A DNA stretch of 64,000 bases from Candidatus Aldehydirespiratoraceae bacterium (GTDB lineage: Bacteria; Actinomycetota; Acidimicrobiia; Acidimicrobiales; Aldehydirespiratoraceae), in contig CBDEVU010000007.1 in the NCBI GenBank assembly GCA_965243715.1, positions 203,480 to 267,479 of the forward strand, read 5' to 3'. Numbering within the stretch: position 1 is the stretch's first letter; every line of letters starts with the position of its first letter. The notes beneath the pieces were generated by a model. It was given only the letters and a program-made list of their open reading frames with translations. It was not told the origin of the DNA and did no database searches. Both the position numbers and the translations under genes were made by a program. This document shows positions 45,035 to 54,853 of this stretch, piece after piece.

Positions 45035-46242
45035 TGTTGAGACCCCCGAACCGAAGGGTGGCCGTAAACGTCGGATACTGCGACAACCTGCGGGTTTCCG
45101 GTAGTCGTTCCAGCGATGGCGGCCACATGGGCCCGCGTGACAAAAGCTTGAATCCGAAAACCAAAGATGACCGACGCACCCTCCTCCACGGTTCGTTGGT
45201 GACCGGGATGCAGTTTGGCGTAATAGCCGATGCTGGCCGGATCGGGGATGTCCACTGGAACGGGCGCGGTAGTTGCTTCACGAGGATCATGGGCGATAAC
45301 TGCGGTGGTGTTGTAGGCACCAAAGACTGGATCGATGTAGAGACCACCTCCGAAACAAAACGGCACGCCCTGGTGGAGGTGGGCGACCTCACTGAGATAT
45401 AGCACTGCCGGTTGCTCGGGAAGATCGACCACCGCGTGAAGGGGCGTGGTGCCGGTCAGTCCGTGTCCGGGCTCGACCTGGGTCGCTCCCGCGGTCTGGA
45501 GTTGAGCGAGTACGGCCGTCGAGGTGGTGCCTGGCGCATTGACTTGGATCGGTCGGTCGAGATGACCAAAGTAACGTTGGGCAATCTCGACGGCTCGGGC
45601 CAGCGTTTCGATGTTGGAGGTAGCGCGAACCGATTGAGTTGCAGGATCGAACAAGACTGCCGGGAACGTTGTAAACCCAGCGAAGTTTACCCCCGGTAGC
45701 CCCTCGATATGTCCGAGAACGGAGGTCAGATCATCGAGGGCAACACCGCCTTCGTGGCCGGGATAGAACTCGTCGCCGGAGTCAAAGACCCGCACGAGGA
45801 GGTCTTGTTCACGACCGATAGCGCTAGCCGCGGTGGACACCGCAGCGGCTTTGTGGGGAGAGAACACGGTCCAATAGTCTGGTTCCATCCCTGCCGCCTC
45901 GACCGTCTCGGCCAACGGGACCTGCACGAGGTGCCCGAGATGGCCGAGGTTGTGACCGTGGCAGGAAACGGCACGAGCGCCCGTCATGTCGACGGCCACA
46001 TAGCCATCGACTCCTGCCGCGGTGAGGGCATCAAGCACGCTCGGGGATCGTCCCAACTGTTTGGTCATGGCGTACACCGTGAGATCACGCAGGCGGGCTT
46101 CGGTCAGCAAATGCGTCGTGTTCGCGGTGAGGGTGTCGAGGTCGATGACGTAGCTGTTGGCCGGTACTGATCCAGCCTGGTGCAGGGCAATCGTCGCTTC
46201 AACGAACCGTCGGTTCTTGGTGAGGAGCGGGGCGAGAAACAT
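45031..46242 (-). CDS. YhfX-like alanine-racemase-fold (putative PLP) protein
   Basis: 403 aa. The N-terminus (MFLAPLLTKNRRFVEATIALHQAGSVPANSYVIDLDTL...YAMTKQLGRSP) resembles, from memory, E. coli YhfX-type proteins. This was not verified by search. Confidence 0.6.
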   Translation of the reverse strand: MFLAPLLTKNRRFVEATIALHQAGSVPANSYVIDLDTLTANTTHLLTEARLRDLTVYAMTKQLGRSPSVLDALTAAGVDGYVAVDMTGARAVSCHGHNLGHLGHLVQVPLAETVEAAGMEPDYWTVFSPHKAAAVSTAASAIGREQDLLVRVFDSGDEFYPGHEGGVALDDLTSVLGHIEGLPGVNFAGFTTFPAVLFDPATQSVRATSNIETLARAVEIAQRYFGHLDRPIQVNAPGTTSTAVLAQLQTAGATQVEPGHGLTGTTPLHAVVDLPEQPAVLYLSEVAHLHQGVPFCFGGGLYIDPVFGAYNTTAVIAHDPREATTAPVPVDIPDPASIGYYAKLHPGHQRTVEEGASVIFGFRIQAFVTRAHVAAIAGTTTGNPQVVAVSDVYGHPSVRGSQQ

Positions 46243-46244
46243 GG

Positions 46245-47252
46245 TCAGGTTTCTCTATCTTCTCGCATGCTGACAGCGACGGCCAAGATGATGATCACCC
46301 CGCGTGCGATCAACTGATCGGCGACTTCGAGGCCCATAAGGATCAAGCCGTTGTTCAACATGGACATAATCACCGCACCGGTCACCGCACCGGTCACCGA
46401 TGCTCGTCCGCCGAACAGGCTGGCTCCCCCGATGACTACGGCAGCGATCACGGTGAGTAGATCGTTCTCCCCTAGATCATGGCGGCCAATGGCCAACCGA
46501 CCCGCCAAGAGCACCCCCGCGAAACCAGCAGCGGTCGCCGATAGCACCAAAGCTGAGATACGAACACGGATGGTGTTGATACCGATCGAGTTAGCTACGG
46601 CGCGGTCGGCACCGGTGGCGAGAACGTGTCGCCCCCAGCGCAGGTGGTGAAGCGCCAAGTGGCCTAGGACAGCAACGATAGCCGTCCAGATTAGTAGGGA
46701 CGAGATAGGGCCGATTGCCCCAGCCCCGAACAGGTTGGTGAAGGTGTCGTTGCGTATTGGCAAGGACTGGAGGTTGTTCCAGTTGCGGGCCAGTCCGCTC
46801 ACGATGCCGAGGGTACCTAGGGTCACCAAGAACGACGGGATCCGCATTTTTACGGTGATGAAACCGTTAACCAATCCAATCAACATTGCCACGCCTAGAG
46901 CGCCTATCGTGGCCGCGGCAAACCCGTAATTTCCGATCAGGTCAGCCGCGACCAGCGACGACAAAGCAACAGTGGAACCGACCGAGAGGTCGATCTCCCC
47001 CGCACCTAGGGCGAAGGCCATTCCAACGGCCATCACCGCAATCGGTGCTGCTTGGCGTCCGATGTTGAGCAGGTTCGAGGCTGTGAGGAAGCCATCGTCA
47101 CGAAGGAGGATGCTGAAGGTCACGAAGATCAAAAGGAGCGCCAAATAGACTACGTACTGGCGCAAGCCCCCTTCCCTGCGTTGCTGGGCCAACGTACCCA
47201 CGATGGCTTCCTCGGCTCGCTTGGTGTGGAACTCAGCCGCCGATGGCGTCAA
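46245..47252 (-). CDS. ABC sugar permease (RbsC/AraH-type, CUT2)
   Basis: 335 aa, about 10 TM helices, branched-permease family pattern. Confidence 0.86.
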   Translation of the reverse strand: MTPSAAEFHTKRAEEAIVGTLAQQRREGGLRQYVVYLALLLIFVTFSILLRDDGFLTASNLLNIGRQAAPIAVMAVGMAFALGAGEIDLSVGSTVALSSLVAADLIGNYGFAAATIGALGVAMLIGLVNGFITVKMRIPSFLVTLGTLGIVSGLARNWNNLQSLPIRNDTFTNLFGAGAIGPISSLLIWTAIVAVLGHLALHHLRWGRHVLATGADRAVANSIGINTIRVRISALVLSATAAGFAGVLLAGRLAIGRHDLGENDLLTVIAAVVIGGASLFGGRASVTGAVTGAVIMSMLNNGLILMGLEVADQLIARGVIIILAVAVSMREDRET

Positions 47253-48390
47253 GAACTTCAGGGGGCGGATCAGCGGCTAGGGACCTCTTGTACGCTTCGA
47301 CGATGGTGTCAGCCGTGGCACCGAAACCAGGCACAACAACGAACGGGGGAACCGACTTATCCAAGAGACCAAAAGCCCCCTCGGTAGCCATAGTGCGACC
47401 GAGTTCATAAGCCTCGTCGGCAGCAATTCCCACCACGTTTCCTCCCTCAACCAAATCAAGGGACACGTTCGTGTCAAGGTCCATCGTGACGACCGCTACG
47501 TCGCTGGCGCCAGCCGCCCGCAGCGCGGCCAGCACGCCGTCGGCCGGTCCCGCCGACCAGGGGGCGTAGATACCATCGAGGTCGGGGTGGCGGATCAACA
47601 ATGTCGAGGCGATTTCCTCGGCCGCAGCGGGATCGGCCAATCCTTGTTCGGCCACGATCTCGATACCGGGATAGTTGATCTCGATCCAAGACTTAAACGC
47701 CTGATCGCGCTGATTAGTCACGTAGAACGCGGCGTCGTGGAAGATATAGCCAACTTTGCCTTCTCCGCCCAGCGCTCCGCCAAGCAGGTCCGCGGCTGCG
47801 ATGCCCATGGCCGCAAGGTCGTCGGTTACGAGTCCCACATAATCCTCTCCTTGAACAAACCCTTCGGGAGTCGTCGACAAAAACACCAGCTGGACTCCGG
47901 CATCGACCGCGGGTTGGAAGGCCGCGGCACCCGAAACCGGGTCGATTACTAGGCTGAGGATGATGTCGGGCTTCTGGGCCAGCACCGTTTCCACATCGTT
48001 TGCTTGCTGTGCTGCGTCAAAGCCCGCTTCGGTCTCGGCGATTACTTCGATGCCGAGTTCGGCGAAGGCATCGCGGGCCCCTTGGGTGACGGCGTCGGTG
48101 AACGCCCCCGATGTGTGCCACAACAAAGCCGCCGTGTAGCCCCCACCGTTGACCGTAGCTACCTCGTCGCTCGTAAGTACAATCTCACTTGACGCGCTGG
48201 CGGGCTCGCCATTCGGTCCCTGGGTAACAGGTACATCAGCCGCGGTTGGTTCCTCAGCCGCTATTGGTTCCTCAACCGTGGTTTCACCGTCGGCACTGTC
48301 GGTACTTTCGCCGCACGCACCGGCAGCGAGGCCGAGGGCAGCCATCACGGCAATGACCGCGAGCCTTCTCGATCGTATAAGGGTTTTCAT
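47233..48390 (-). CDS. periplasmic-binding-protein/LacI-fold sugar-binding lipoprotein (CUT2)
   Basis: Starts MKTLIRSRRLAVIAVMAALGLAAGAC (ATG 48390, ATGA overlap with the M20 stop). A low-complexity Glu/Thr linker follows, then the PBP fold. Confidence 0.85.
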   Translation of the reverse strand: MKTLIRSRRLAVIAVMAALGLAAGACGESTDSADGETTVEEPIAAEEPTAADVPVTQGPNGEPASASSEIVLTSDEVATVNGGGYTAALLWHTSGAFTDAVTQGARDAFAELGIEVIAETEAGFDAAQQANDVETVLAQKPDIILSLVIDPVSGAAAFQPAVDAGVQLVFLSTTPEGFVQGEDYVGLVTDDLAAMGIAAADLLGGALGGEGKVGYIFHDAAFYVTNQRDQAFKSWIEINYPGIEIVAEQGLADPAAAEEIASTLLIRHPDLDGIYAPWSAGPADGVLAALRAAGASDVAVVTMDLDTNVSLDLVEGGNVVGIAADEAYELGRTMATEGAFGLLDKSVPPFVVVPGFGATADTIVEAYKRSLAADPPPEVLDAIGG

Positions 48391-49658
48391 GGGTTCCTCC
48401 AAGATAGGGAAGTGTGGGATAGCTCTTCGAGACCGCACCACGACGCCACAAAGTGGGTAAGGGCACGTGTCGCGGCAATGAGTTCGTCAATCGCGACCCG
48501 CTCGAACGGGGTATGGCAATCGGCTATGTCGCCGGGGGCGAAGTAAACGCCAGGAACCCCAAGGGCGGCAAGGAACGGCTTCTCTGACCAGTAGGGGGCC
48601 GCTTCGATTCGGGCGGGCTTCCCCGTCGTGGCCCTAAGCGATTGAGCGAGCGCTTCGACTCCGGGATGGGTCGGGGGGATCTCGTCAGGGTTTCCGCCGA
48701 GTGGGTGGTCTCGTGGGGCCGAAAAATCAACGAGTACTTCGACTTCATGCCGGGCAGCGACTTGTCGCGAAATGTCGCGGATCGCCGCGGCCGCATCATC
48801 AATGCTCTCGGCGGGGAGAATCTTGCGAATCAAGGACAGGTCGAACTGTCCCGGCACGGCAATGTTGCCACCTGATTGAACGTCGGTCACGAGAAGGAAG
48901 GCTTCGCCGATTAGGTCGTGTGGTTCGAGTCGCCGCAATGCCTCGGAGTGATCCCACAGAGCGGTAAGCAGAGCGTGCCCCGCTCGAAGGGCATCAACAC
49001 CGAGTTCTGGCCGCCCGAAATAGGCCGACCGGCCGGTCAGTGTGATATCAGCGATAAGAAAGCCCATCTGCGCGGTGTAGATCGCGGAGGTCGTTGGCTC
49101 GGTGTAGATCAGAAAGTCCGGCGGAGACTCCTTGTCGATGAGGTGACTGTCGACCAACGCTCGCATTCCAGCCGATACGCCGCTACCCGTTTGCCCAGAC
49201 TCCTCGTCACACACGAACAAGGCCTGGATTAAACCCGCGGGCCGATAACCGGCGCGGTGGATAGCTCGTAGGGCGGCAATAATCGAGCAGATTCCGGCCT
49301 TTTGATCGGCGACCCCTCGGCCCCAGATTTCGCCGTCGATAATCGGAGCCGCGAAAGGATCAGCGCGGTCGCTGTGGCGCCAGTGTTTAGTCCAGTCCTC
49401 GGTGTGTACAGTGTCGAGGTGCCCGGCTAGAGCGAGTGACCGCCCATCGCCGTTACCTACCGACCCGTAGACATTGACCCGTCCTTCGCCGATATCGACG
49501 AGTTCGGCTTCGTTCCACCCCTCTTCCAACTGGTCGTGTACCCACTGGCCGAAAGCTGCCTCGTTGGGAGTAACACTGGGGATTCGGGTGGCGGCCTGCA
49601 CCAAGGCCACCAACTCGTCTTCATCAACGGCATCTGCCACAACTCGAGCGGCGTTCAT
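48387..49658 (-). CDS. M20-family metallopeptidase/deacylase (ArgE/DapE/CPG2-like)
   Basis: GHLDTVH, GRGVADQK and CDEESG metal-ligand motifs. Confidence 0.87.
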   Translation of the reverse strand: MNAARVVADAVDEDELVALVQAATRIPSVTPNEAAFGQWVHDQLEEGWNEAELVDIGEGRVNVYGSVGNGDGRSLALAGHLDTVHTEDWTKHWRHSDRADPFAAPIIDGEIWGRGVADQKAGICSIIAALRAIHRAGYRPAGLIQALFVCDEESGQTGSGVSAGMRALVDSHLIDKESPPDFLIYTEPTTSAIYTAQMGFLIADITLTGRSAYFGRPELGVDALRAGHALLTALWDHSEALRRLEPHDLIGEAFLLVTDVQSGGNIAVPGQFDLSLIRKILPAESIDDAAAAIRDISRQVAARHEVEVLVDFSAPRDHPLGGNPDEIPPTHPGVEALAQSLRATTGKPARIEAAPYWSEKPFLAALGVPGVYFAPGDIADCHTPFERVAIDELIAATRALTHFVASWCGLEELSHTSLSWRNP

Positions 49659-50848
49659 TAGCGCTCTCCCAGATTCTGGGTTACCAGGGTTTCGTGCAAG
49701 GCGCCCAGGGCGCGTGAGATAGCACCAAGGAACGTTGCTCGGCGCGCCAGCGTTGAGGCCACGATCTCAACCGGGTGAGGAAGCAATCGCTCGACCTCGG
49801 CTTTTACGGCTTGAACAAAGACCCGATTCGCTCCGACACTGCCACTCAGGATGACTCGCTGAGGGTCAGCAATGAAGCACACGTGAGAAACCGCGGTCGC
49901 CATCGCGGTCGCCGCGGTGTGCAGCACATGAGTGGCCGCCGCGTCACCAGCCGCGGCCGCCGCAAACAGTTCCGAGACCTCGACGCTCTTGTGCAGCGCG
50001 GTTTTGTGCCCAGCCTCGACCGCTTGGTTGAATAGCTTTGTAAGGGCCGGGGCTGACGCCAGATCTTCGAGGGTCACGCAAGATCCGCCGGGACTCAAAG
50101 CATGAGACAGGATCAACGATCCGAGTTCCCCTGCCGCTCCGGTCCCACCACGGTAGAGTTCGCCGTCAACGATAAGACCCATTCCGATGCCGGTCCCGAC
50201 CGAGATGACCACGAAGTCACTCACTTCGTAATCATCAGCGAAACTATCGGCCTCACCGAGGGCGGCTAGGTTCACATCGTTGTCGACCTGAACATCAACA
50301 CCGAAAAGGTCTCCGAGTCGAGCCTTAACTGGGAGTTGATCGAACCCCGGAAGGTTGAGAGCCTGCTCGACTCGGTCCCGATCTGGCCGATATACCCCTG
50401 GCACGCTCACACAAGCGGCCCCCGCGTTGGCCCCAACGTCGGTCATCATCTCTCGGGCCGCGGTAGCGAGTCTCGCCAGCGCCGTTTCGGCATCTGGCCC
50501 CGTTTCGAGTTCGCGTTCGGCCACCACCGAACCCAACAAATCCGCCAGACCGACGGTGATTTTGGTTGCGCCAATGTCAGCCGCCAGCACGTAACCGGCT
50601 TCGGGGACTACCTCGTAGTTGACCGCCGGACGTCCCACGCCGCTGTGCGCAGGCGCGTCAGCGGCCAAGCGAACTAGGCCCGAGGCCTCCAGATCGCCAA
50701 CCAGAGCTGACACGGTCGGCTTGGACAAACCCGTCCCCCGAGCGATCGCCGCCCGGGAGATCCCCGATGGTGCGGCCTCGAACATCGCGTCCACAATCCG
50801 CTGGCCATTCAATAGCCGCAACAGACGTGAGTCAGACGCTTCCCTCAT
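49658..50848 (-). CDS. ROK-family transcriptional regulator (NagC/XylR type)
   Basis: 396 aa with an N-terminal wHTH (ISRAAIARGTGLSKPTVSALVGDLEASGLV) and a ROK sugar-kinase-like body. Its stop shares 1 nt with the M20 start. Confidence 0.85.
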   Translation of the reverse strand: MREASDSRLLRLLNGQRIVDAMFEAAPSGISRAAIARGTGLSKPTVSALVGDLEASGLVRLAADAPAHSGVGRPAVNYEVVPEAGYVLAADIGATKITVGLADLLGSVVAERELETGPDAETALARLATAAREMMTDVGANAGAACVSVPGVYRPDRDRVEQALNLPGFDQLPVKARLGDLFGVDVQVDNDVNLAALGEADSFADDYEVSDFVVISVGTGIGMGLIVDGELYRGGTGAAGELGSLILSHALSPGGSCVTLEDLASAPALTKLFNQAVEAGHKTALHKSVEVSELFAAAAAGDAAATHVLHTAATAMATAVSHVCFIADPQRVILSGSVGANRVFVQAVKAEVERLLPHPVEIVASTLARRATFLGAISRALGALHETLVTQNLGER

Positions 50849-50857
50849 TGGTTCGTT

Positions 50858-50885
50858 AGTCTAACTTACTAATCTAGGATGTCAA
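50858..50885 (-). promoter_or_regulatory. near-consensus promoter of the ROK regulator, very short leader
   Basis: On the minus strand: TTGACA (50885-80), a 16-nt spacer, TAGACT (50863-58), then 9 nt to ATG 50848. The inverted repeat TTAGT-7nt-ACTAA (50856-50872) overlaps the -10. Confidence 0.5.
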
Positions 50886-50977
50886 GTTCCGTCGTTGCGA
50901 CTACGCCAAATGGCTTCTCCCCCGCTCGGCGGCCAAGATGAAACCACTAGCCGTCTCCGACGAAGCGAGCAGCAATC

Positions 50978-52066
50978 ATGCAGGGACTCATCTGCGAAGG
51001 CACAACCGAGGACAGTGTGCGCTTGTCTCCCCACATCGAACTGGTGGGGAACTTGTCGCACCGCCAAGTGCGGGTCGAGATCAAAGCGGCAGGCGTCTGT
51101 GGCAGCGACATGAGCTGCATCCACGGCAAGTACTACATGCCCACCCCGCTAGTTCCTGGCCACGAAGCGGCGGGCGTGGTGGTCGAGGTTGGTTCGGCCG
51201 TGACCTACACCGCTGTCGGGGATCACGTCATCTTGTCGACCTTTGCCAACTGTGGGCACTGCGGGGACTGCGAAAGTGGCAACCCCGGCAATTGTGCCGT
51301 TGGGATGGGCGGGCTCTCCCAGCCCTACACCGAGGGCGACCAGTTGCTGTACAACTTCGCCAACATCGGCGCGTTCGTGCAAGAAACTGTGGTGAGCGAG
51401 AATCAGTGCATACCCATCCCTAAAGAAATGCCACTCACGTCCGCCTCGCTGATCGGTTGTGGGGTCATGACCGGTGCTGGCGCGGTATTCAACCGTGCCC
51501 GAGTTCAACTCGGTGACACGGTTGCGGTAATCGGTGCTGGTGGGGTCGGCCTCAACGTCATCCAAGCGGCCAAGTTGGTCGGGGCCCGCCAAATCATCGC
51601 CATCGATCGAATCAGCGAGAAAGAACGACTGGCCACCGAGTTCGGCGCCACCGATTTCCTGCTTGCCGACGGCGACGATTTTGATGCCATCAACGAAGTC
51701 AAGAAGCTAAGCGGGGGCGGTGTGAACCACGCGTTCGAAGTGGTCGGCCACACTGGGCTACTGGCCGACGCCATCCAAATGACCCGGGCCGGAGGCAACG
51801 TGTGTGCCGTGGGTGTGCCGGACCTCACCGCATCGGTCACCTACAACTTCCAATCGCTGCACCAGAACAAGAATCTTCTAGGCATCCGCGCCGGTGGTGC
51901 TCGGCCTCGCCAGGATTTCTTGATGTTGGCGAACCTTTATCTGAGCGGCCAACTCAAACTCGACGAGATGATCTCCCACACCGCGGGCCTCGACGGCATC
52001 CACGACGCCTTCGACGCAATGCGAACCGGCGTCGGAGCCCGTACCGTGCTGCTCCCCCACGGCTAA
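50978..52066 (+). CDS. zinc-dependent alcohol dehydrogenase (MDR family)
   Basis: GVCGSDMSCIHG, PGHEAAGVV, the structural-zinc segment CGHCGDCESGNPGNC and GAGGVGL. Confidence 0.9.
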   Translation: MQGLICEGTTEDSVRLSPHIELVGNLSHRQVRVEIKAAGVCGSDMSCIHGKYYMPTPLVPGHEAAGVVVEVGSAVTYTAVGDHVILSTFANCGHCGDCESGNPGNCAVGMGGLSQPYTEGDQLLYNFANIGAFVQETVVSENQCIPIPKEMPLTSASLIGCGVMTGAGAVFNRARVQLGDTVAVIGAGGVGLNVIQAAKLVGARQIIAIDRISEKERLATEFGATDFLLADGDDFDAINEVKKLSGGGVNHAFEVVGHTGLLADAIQMTRAGGNVCAVGVPDLTASVTYNFQSLHQNKNLLGIRAGGARPRQDFLMLANLYLSGQLKLDEMISHTAGLDGIHDAFDAMRTGVGARTVLLPHG

Positions 52067-52286
52067 GTACCACCTAGGCCTAGGGGTCGATGCCTTGGTC
52101 GGCGGCGTGGTCAAGATCGTGGCAAAGTTGGTCGTAGTCAACGGGGGCCGCTGTTTGGAAGAGTTCGATAGCGGCCGCGGCTTGCACGAAGCGGTGACGG
52201 CGAGGGAATAGGCTCACGGAAGCCAACCTACATCGAAAAATCACCCCGCTTCCCTAGTTCCCGCTCTGCTCGGCTAGAACCGGCGG

Positions 52287-53048
52287 GTGGATTTCGTCAC
52301 CGTTACCGGCCTCGTGATGTTCGCCTTGGTCGTGGGCGCTTACGGAACCATGATCGGGGCGGGAGGTGGGTTCGTACTCATCCCGGGGCTGGTAATTCTC
52401 TTCGATCTCACAGGAGTAGAGGCCGTCGGCACTGGTGCGATTGTCCTCGCCGCGATCGGCCTGGCGGGGGCTCGTACCTACCAACAAGCTGGCATGGTGG
52501 ACGTTGGTGCCGCGGTCTGGTTCGCCGCGGGAGCGGTACCAATCGGCCTAACGTGCGCGGCACTGCTCGCCAATCGCATTGACTCGTCGCTTTTCATCCG
52601 CGTGCTCAGCGTAGTCCTATTAGTTTTGGCTGGACTCGTGCTATTTGGCCCCCAGCCGCGGGAAACCGGCGACACATCCGCCAGACCGCCCCGCCGCCAA
52701 GCGCTCTATATTGGCGGAACCGGTGTCGGTTTCGTTTCGGGCACTTTCGGTGTGGGCGGCGGCCTACTAACCGTGCCGTACCTAGCCACAGTGCAACGCC
52801 TCGACCCGCACCGGGCAACGGCCACCACCGCGGCAACGGCGATGGCAATCAGTACCGCCGGAGCAATCGGCCACACAATAGCGGGCAACATAGTGTGGGC
52901 AAAGGCCCTGGTATTGATGATCGGTGCGGCGATCGGATCGACGTTAGGCGCACGATTCGCGGGCCGACTCCGAGCCCGAACCGTGCAACTCCTCCTAGCG
53001 ACCGGTCTGATCGGTGCGGGGGTGCCTCTATTTGTCCAGGGCGTCTAG
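52287..53048 (+). CDS. TauE/SafE (TSUP) family anion exporter
   Basis: 253 aa with 7-8 TM helices and Gly-rich repeats. Confidence 0.82.
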   Translation: MDFVTVTGLVMFALVVGAYGTMIGAGGGFVLIPGLVILFDLTGVEAVGTGAIVLAAIGLAGARTYQQAGMVDVGAAVWFAAGAVPIGLTCAALLANRIDSSLFIRVLSVVLLVLAGLVLFGPQPRETGDTSARPPRRQALYIGGTGVGFVSGTFGVGGGLLTVPYLATVQRLDPHRATATTAATAMAISTAGAIGHTIAGNIVWAKALVLMIGAAIGSTLGARFAGRLRARTVQLLLATGLIGAGVPLFVQGV

Positions 53049-53050
53049 CG

Positions 53051-54370
53051 TTAGCCGTGTACCGACATCGAGGAATGTGGGTTGATAGGGCGATTGCGGC
53101 GGAAAAAGCCTACGTCCAAGGGCACCCCCGAATAGCGACCCGCGACGACTAGCGGGTCGTTATCGTGATCGTGTCCGTTTTCGACCGCCTCGATGAGATC
53201 GGCCATCAGTTGCCCAACCGAACCAGCGTTCTTGTACTGATTGCCGCTCGTCCCGATAGCGACATAGAAACCGTCGAGGTCGGTCCGGTCGTAGATCGGG
53301 ATCCAGTCGTCGCTCACGTCGTATAGGTCAACGATGCCCTTTTTTACGTGGGGGACGCCGAGGGACGGGATCCGGCGATTCGTCCGCAGCACCTGAACCT
53401 CCCACTGCTCCTCGTCGATAGATCGGTCGTAGTTGTCGGGGTCGACGAACTCCCTCTCATCGCAGACGGGATCACCCGAACCAATAAGAATGTTGTTGCC
53501 AGCCTCCGGTCGAAAGTAAATGCCCAGATCGTCGTCGGCCGCGGTGACTCCGTCGCGCATAAAATCGACGCCTTCTGGAGACGGAACGTGATGAACTTCG
53601 TGCCGCAACGCTCGAGTTTTGATGTTCATCGACTCATAAACGCCCGCCAGTTGGTTAATCAGATACGAATGAGGCCCCGCCACGTTCACGACAACGGGTG
53701 CCGTCGGGGTGCGACCGTCGGCCAGAACCACGCCGTCAACTCGCCCGTTGGTGGTAGAGATACCAGTGACTTCGGTACCGAACCAGAACGTCGCCCCTCG
53801 CTTTTCGGCTCCCCGCTGCAGGTTATGGCACGAAAGCTGAGGGTCGCTCACATAACCGGCATCGGGAGTGAAGTAACCCGCGGTGATTTCTCCGGTCGCC
53901 TCCGACCAGAACTCGTCATCGTCGGGCCGAGTTGGGGGGCCAAAGAGTCCAGTGTCGATATAAGGCAATCGTTGGCGTAACTGCTCGCTGTTCCACACCT
54001 CGTGGGGAATACCGAGTTCGTCCCAGAGCATCTTTACCCGACTGGAGTGAGTACCCTCCCCCGCTGGCTGTAGCACTAACTGCCCGATCTGGTGGTACTC
54101 GATGAGGCCAAGTTCATCCTCAGTAGCGATGTAGTTGGGCCAATCCTTCCAATAGTGCATGCCTTCCCACGCCAGGTTGATGCCCGCAACCGACGAGTAA
54201 CTGAACCGCACAATGGCGCACGAGTTAATCGTGGAACCGGCGCCCGCGGCAGCGGCTTTGTCGACGGTGAGGGTGCGCCAACCCCGACCGGATAGTTCAT
54301 GGGCGACGGCGCCGCCGATGACACCGGCCCCGATGATGATGGCATCGAAGTTGGCTGCTGTGTCAGACAT
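53051..54370 (-). CDS. FAD-dependent oxidoreductase (DAO family)
   Basis: 439 aa with FDAIIIGAGVIGGAVAHELSGRG. Confidence 0.84.
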   Translation of the reverse strand: MSDTAANFDAIIIGAGVIGGAVAHELSGRGWRTLTVDKAAAAGAGSTINSCAIVRFSYSSVAGINLAWEGMHYWKDWPNYIATEDELGLIEYHQIGQLVLQPAGEGTHSSRVKMLWDELGIPHEVWNSEQLRQRLPYIDTGLFGPPTRPDDDEFWSEATGEITAGYFTPDAGYVSDPQLSCHNLQRGAEKRGATFWFGTEVTGISTTNGRVDGVVLADGRTPTAPVVVNVAGPHSYLINQLAGVYESMNIKTRALRHEVHHVPSPEGVDFMRDGVTAADDDLGIYFRPEAGNNILIGSGDPVCDEREFVDPDNYDRSIDEEQWEVQVLRTNRRIPSLGVPHVKKGIVDLYDVSDDWIPIYDRTDLDGFYVAIGTSGNQYKNAGSVGQLMADLIEAVENGHDHDNDPLVVAGRYSGVPLDVGFFRRNRPINPHSSMSVHG

Positions 54371-54403
54371 GAGCAGAACGTAGCACTACTACTATGGCCC
54401 AAC

Positions 54404-54853
54404 GTGAATCTGCTGGTCGTCCATCATAGCCCGCCGGGGTCGTTGACCATGATGACCGAAGCGGTCGTGCGCGGGGCCTGTCACCCGGACTTGGCGGGCG
54501 TCAACACCCGAGCGGTCGCCGCCCTAGACGCCACCGTCGACGATGCCCTCGGCGCCGATGGGTTCATCTTCGGCACCCCCGCGAACTTGGGTTACATGAG
54601 CGGTGCTCTAAAGCACTTCTTCGATCAGACGTACAACTCATTATTGGGCTCCAGCCGGGGTCGCCCGTGCGGGATGTATGTCCACGGCGAATCCGACACC
54701 CACGGCGCGTTGCAAGCGTTGGCGAAGATCGCCACCGGTCTCGCCTTGCGGATGGCCACCGAGCCGCTGTCGTGTATCGGTCCGCTCCGCGACGCAGACA
54801 TCGCCGCGTGCGAGGAACTCGGCGCGGTGGTGGCGGCCAACCTGCTCGACTAA
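54404..54853 (+). CDS. flavodoxin-like NAD(P)H-dependent FMN reductase family protein
   Basis: GTG 54404 gives VNLLVVHHSPPGSL...FIFGTPANLGYMSGALKHFFD. The track start 54299 overlaps the divergent gene. Confidence 0.68.
   Translation: MNLLVVHHSPPGSLTMMTEAVVRGACHPDLAGVNTRAVAALDATVDDALGADGFIFGTPANLGYMSGALKHFFDQTYNSLLGSSRGRPCGMYVHGESDTHGALQALAKIATGLALRMATEPLSCIGPLRDADIAACEELGAVVAANLLD

Noticed and set aside
52080-52218. Possible 46-aa minus-strand ORF (GTG start; VSLFPRRHRFVQAAAAIELFQTAAPVDYDQLCHDLDHAADQGIDP) in the ADH/TauE gap
   Set aside because: It is short, has no SD and no recognisable motif, and cannot be distinguished from chance in GC-rich DNA. I note it only because the 220-bp gap is otherwise empty.
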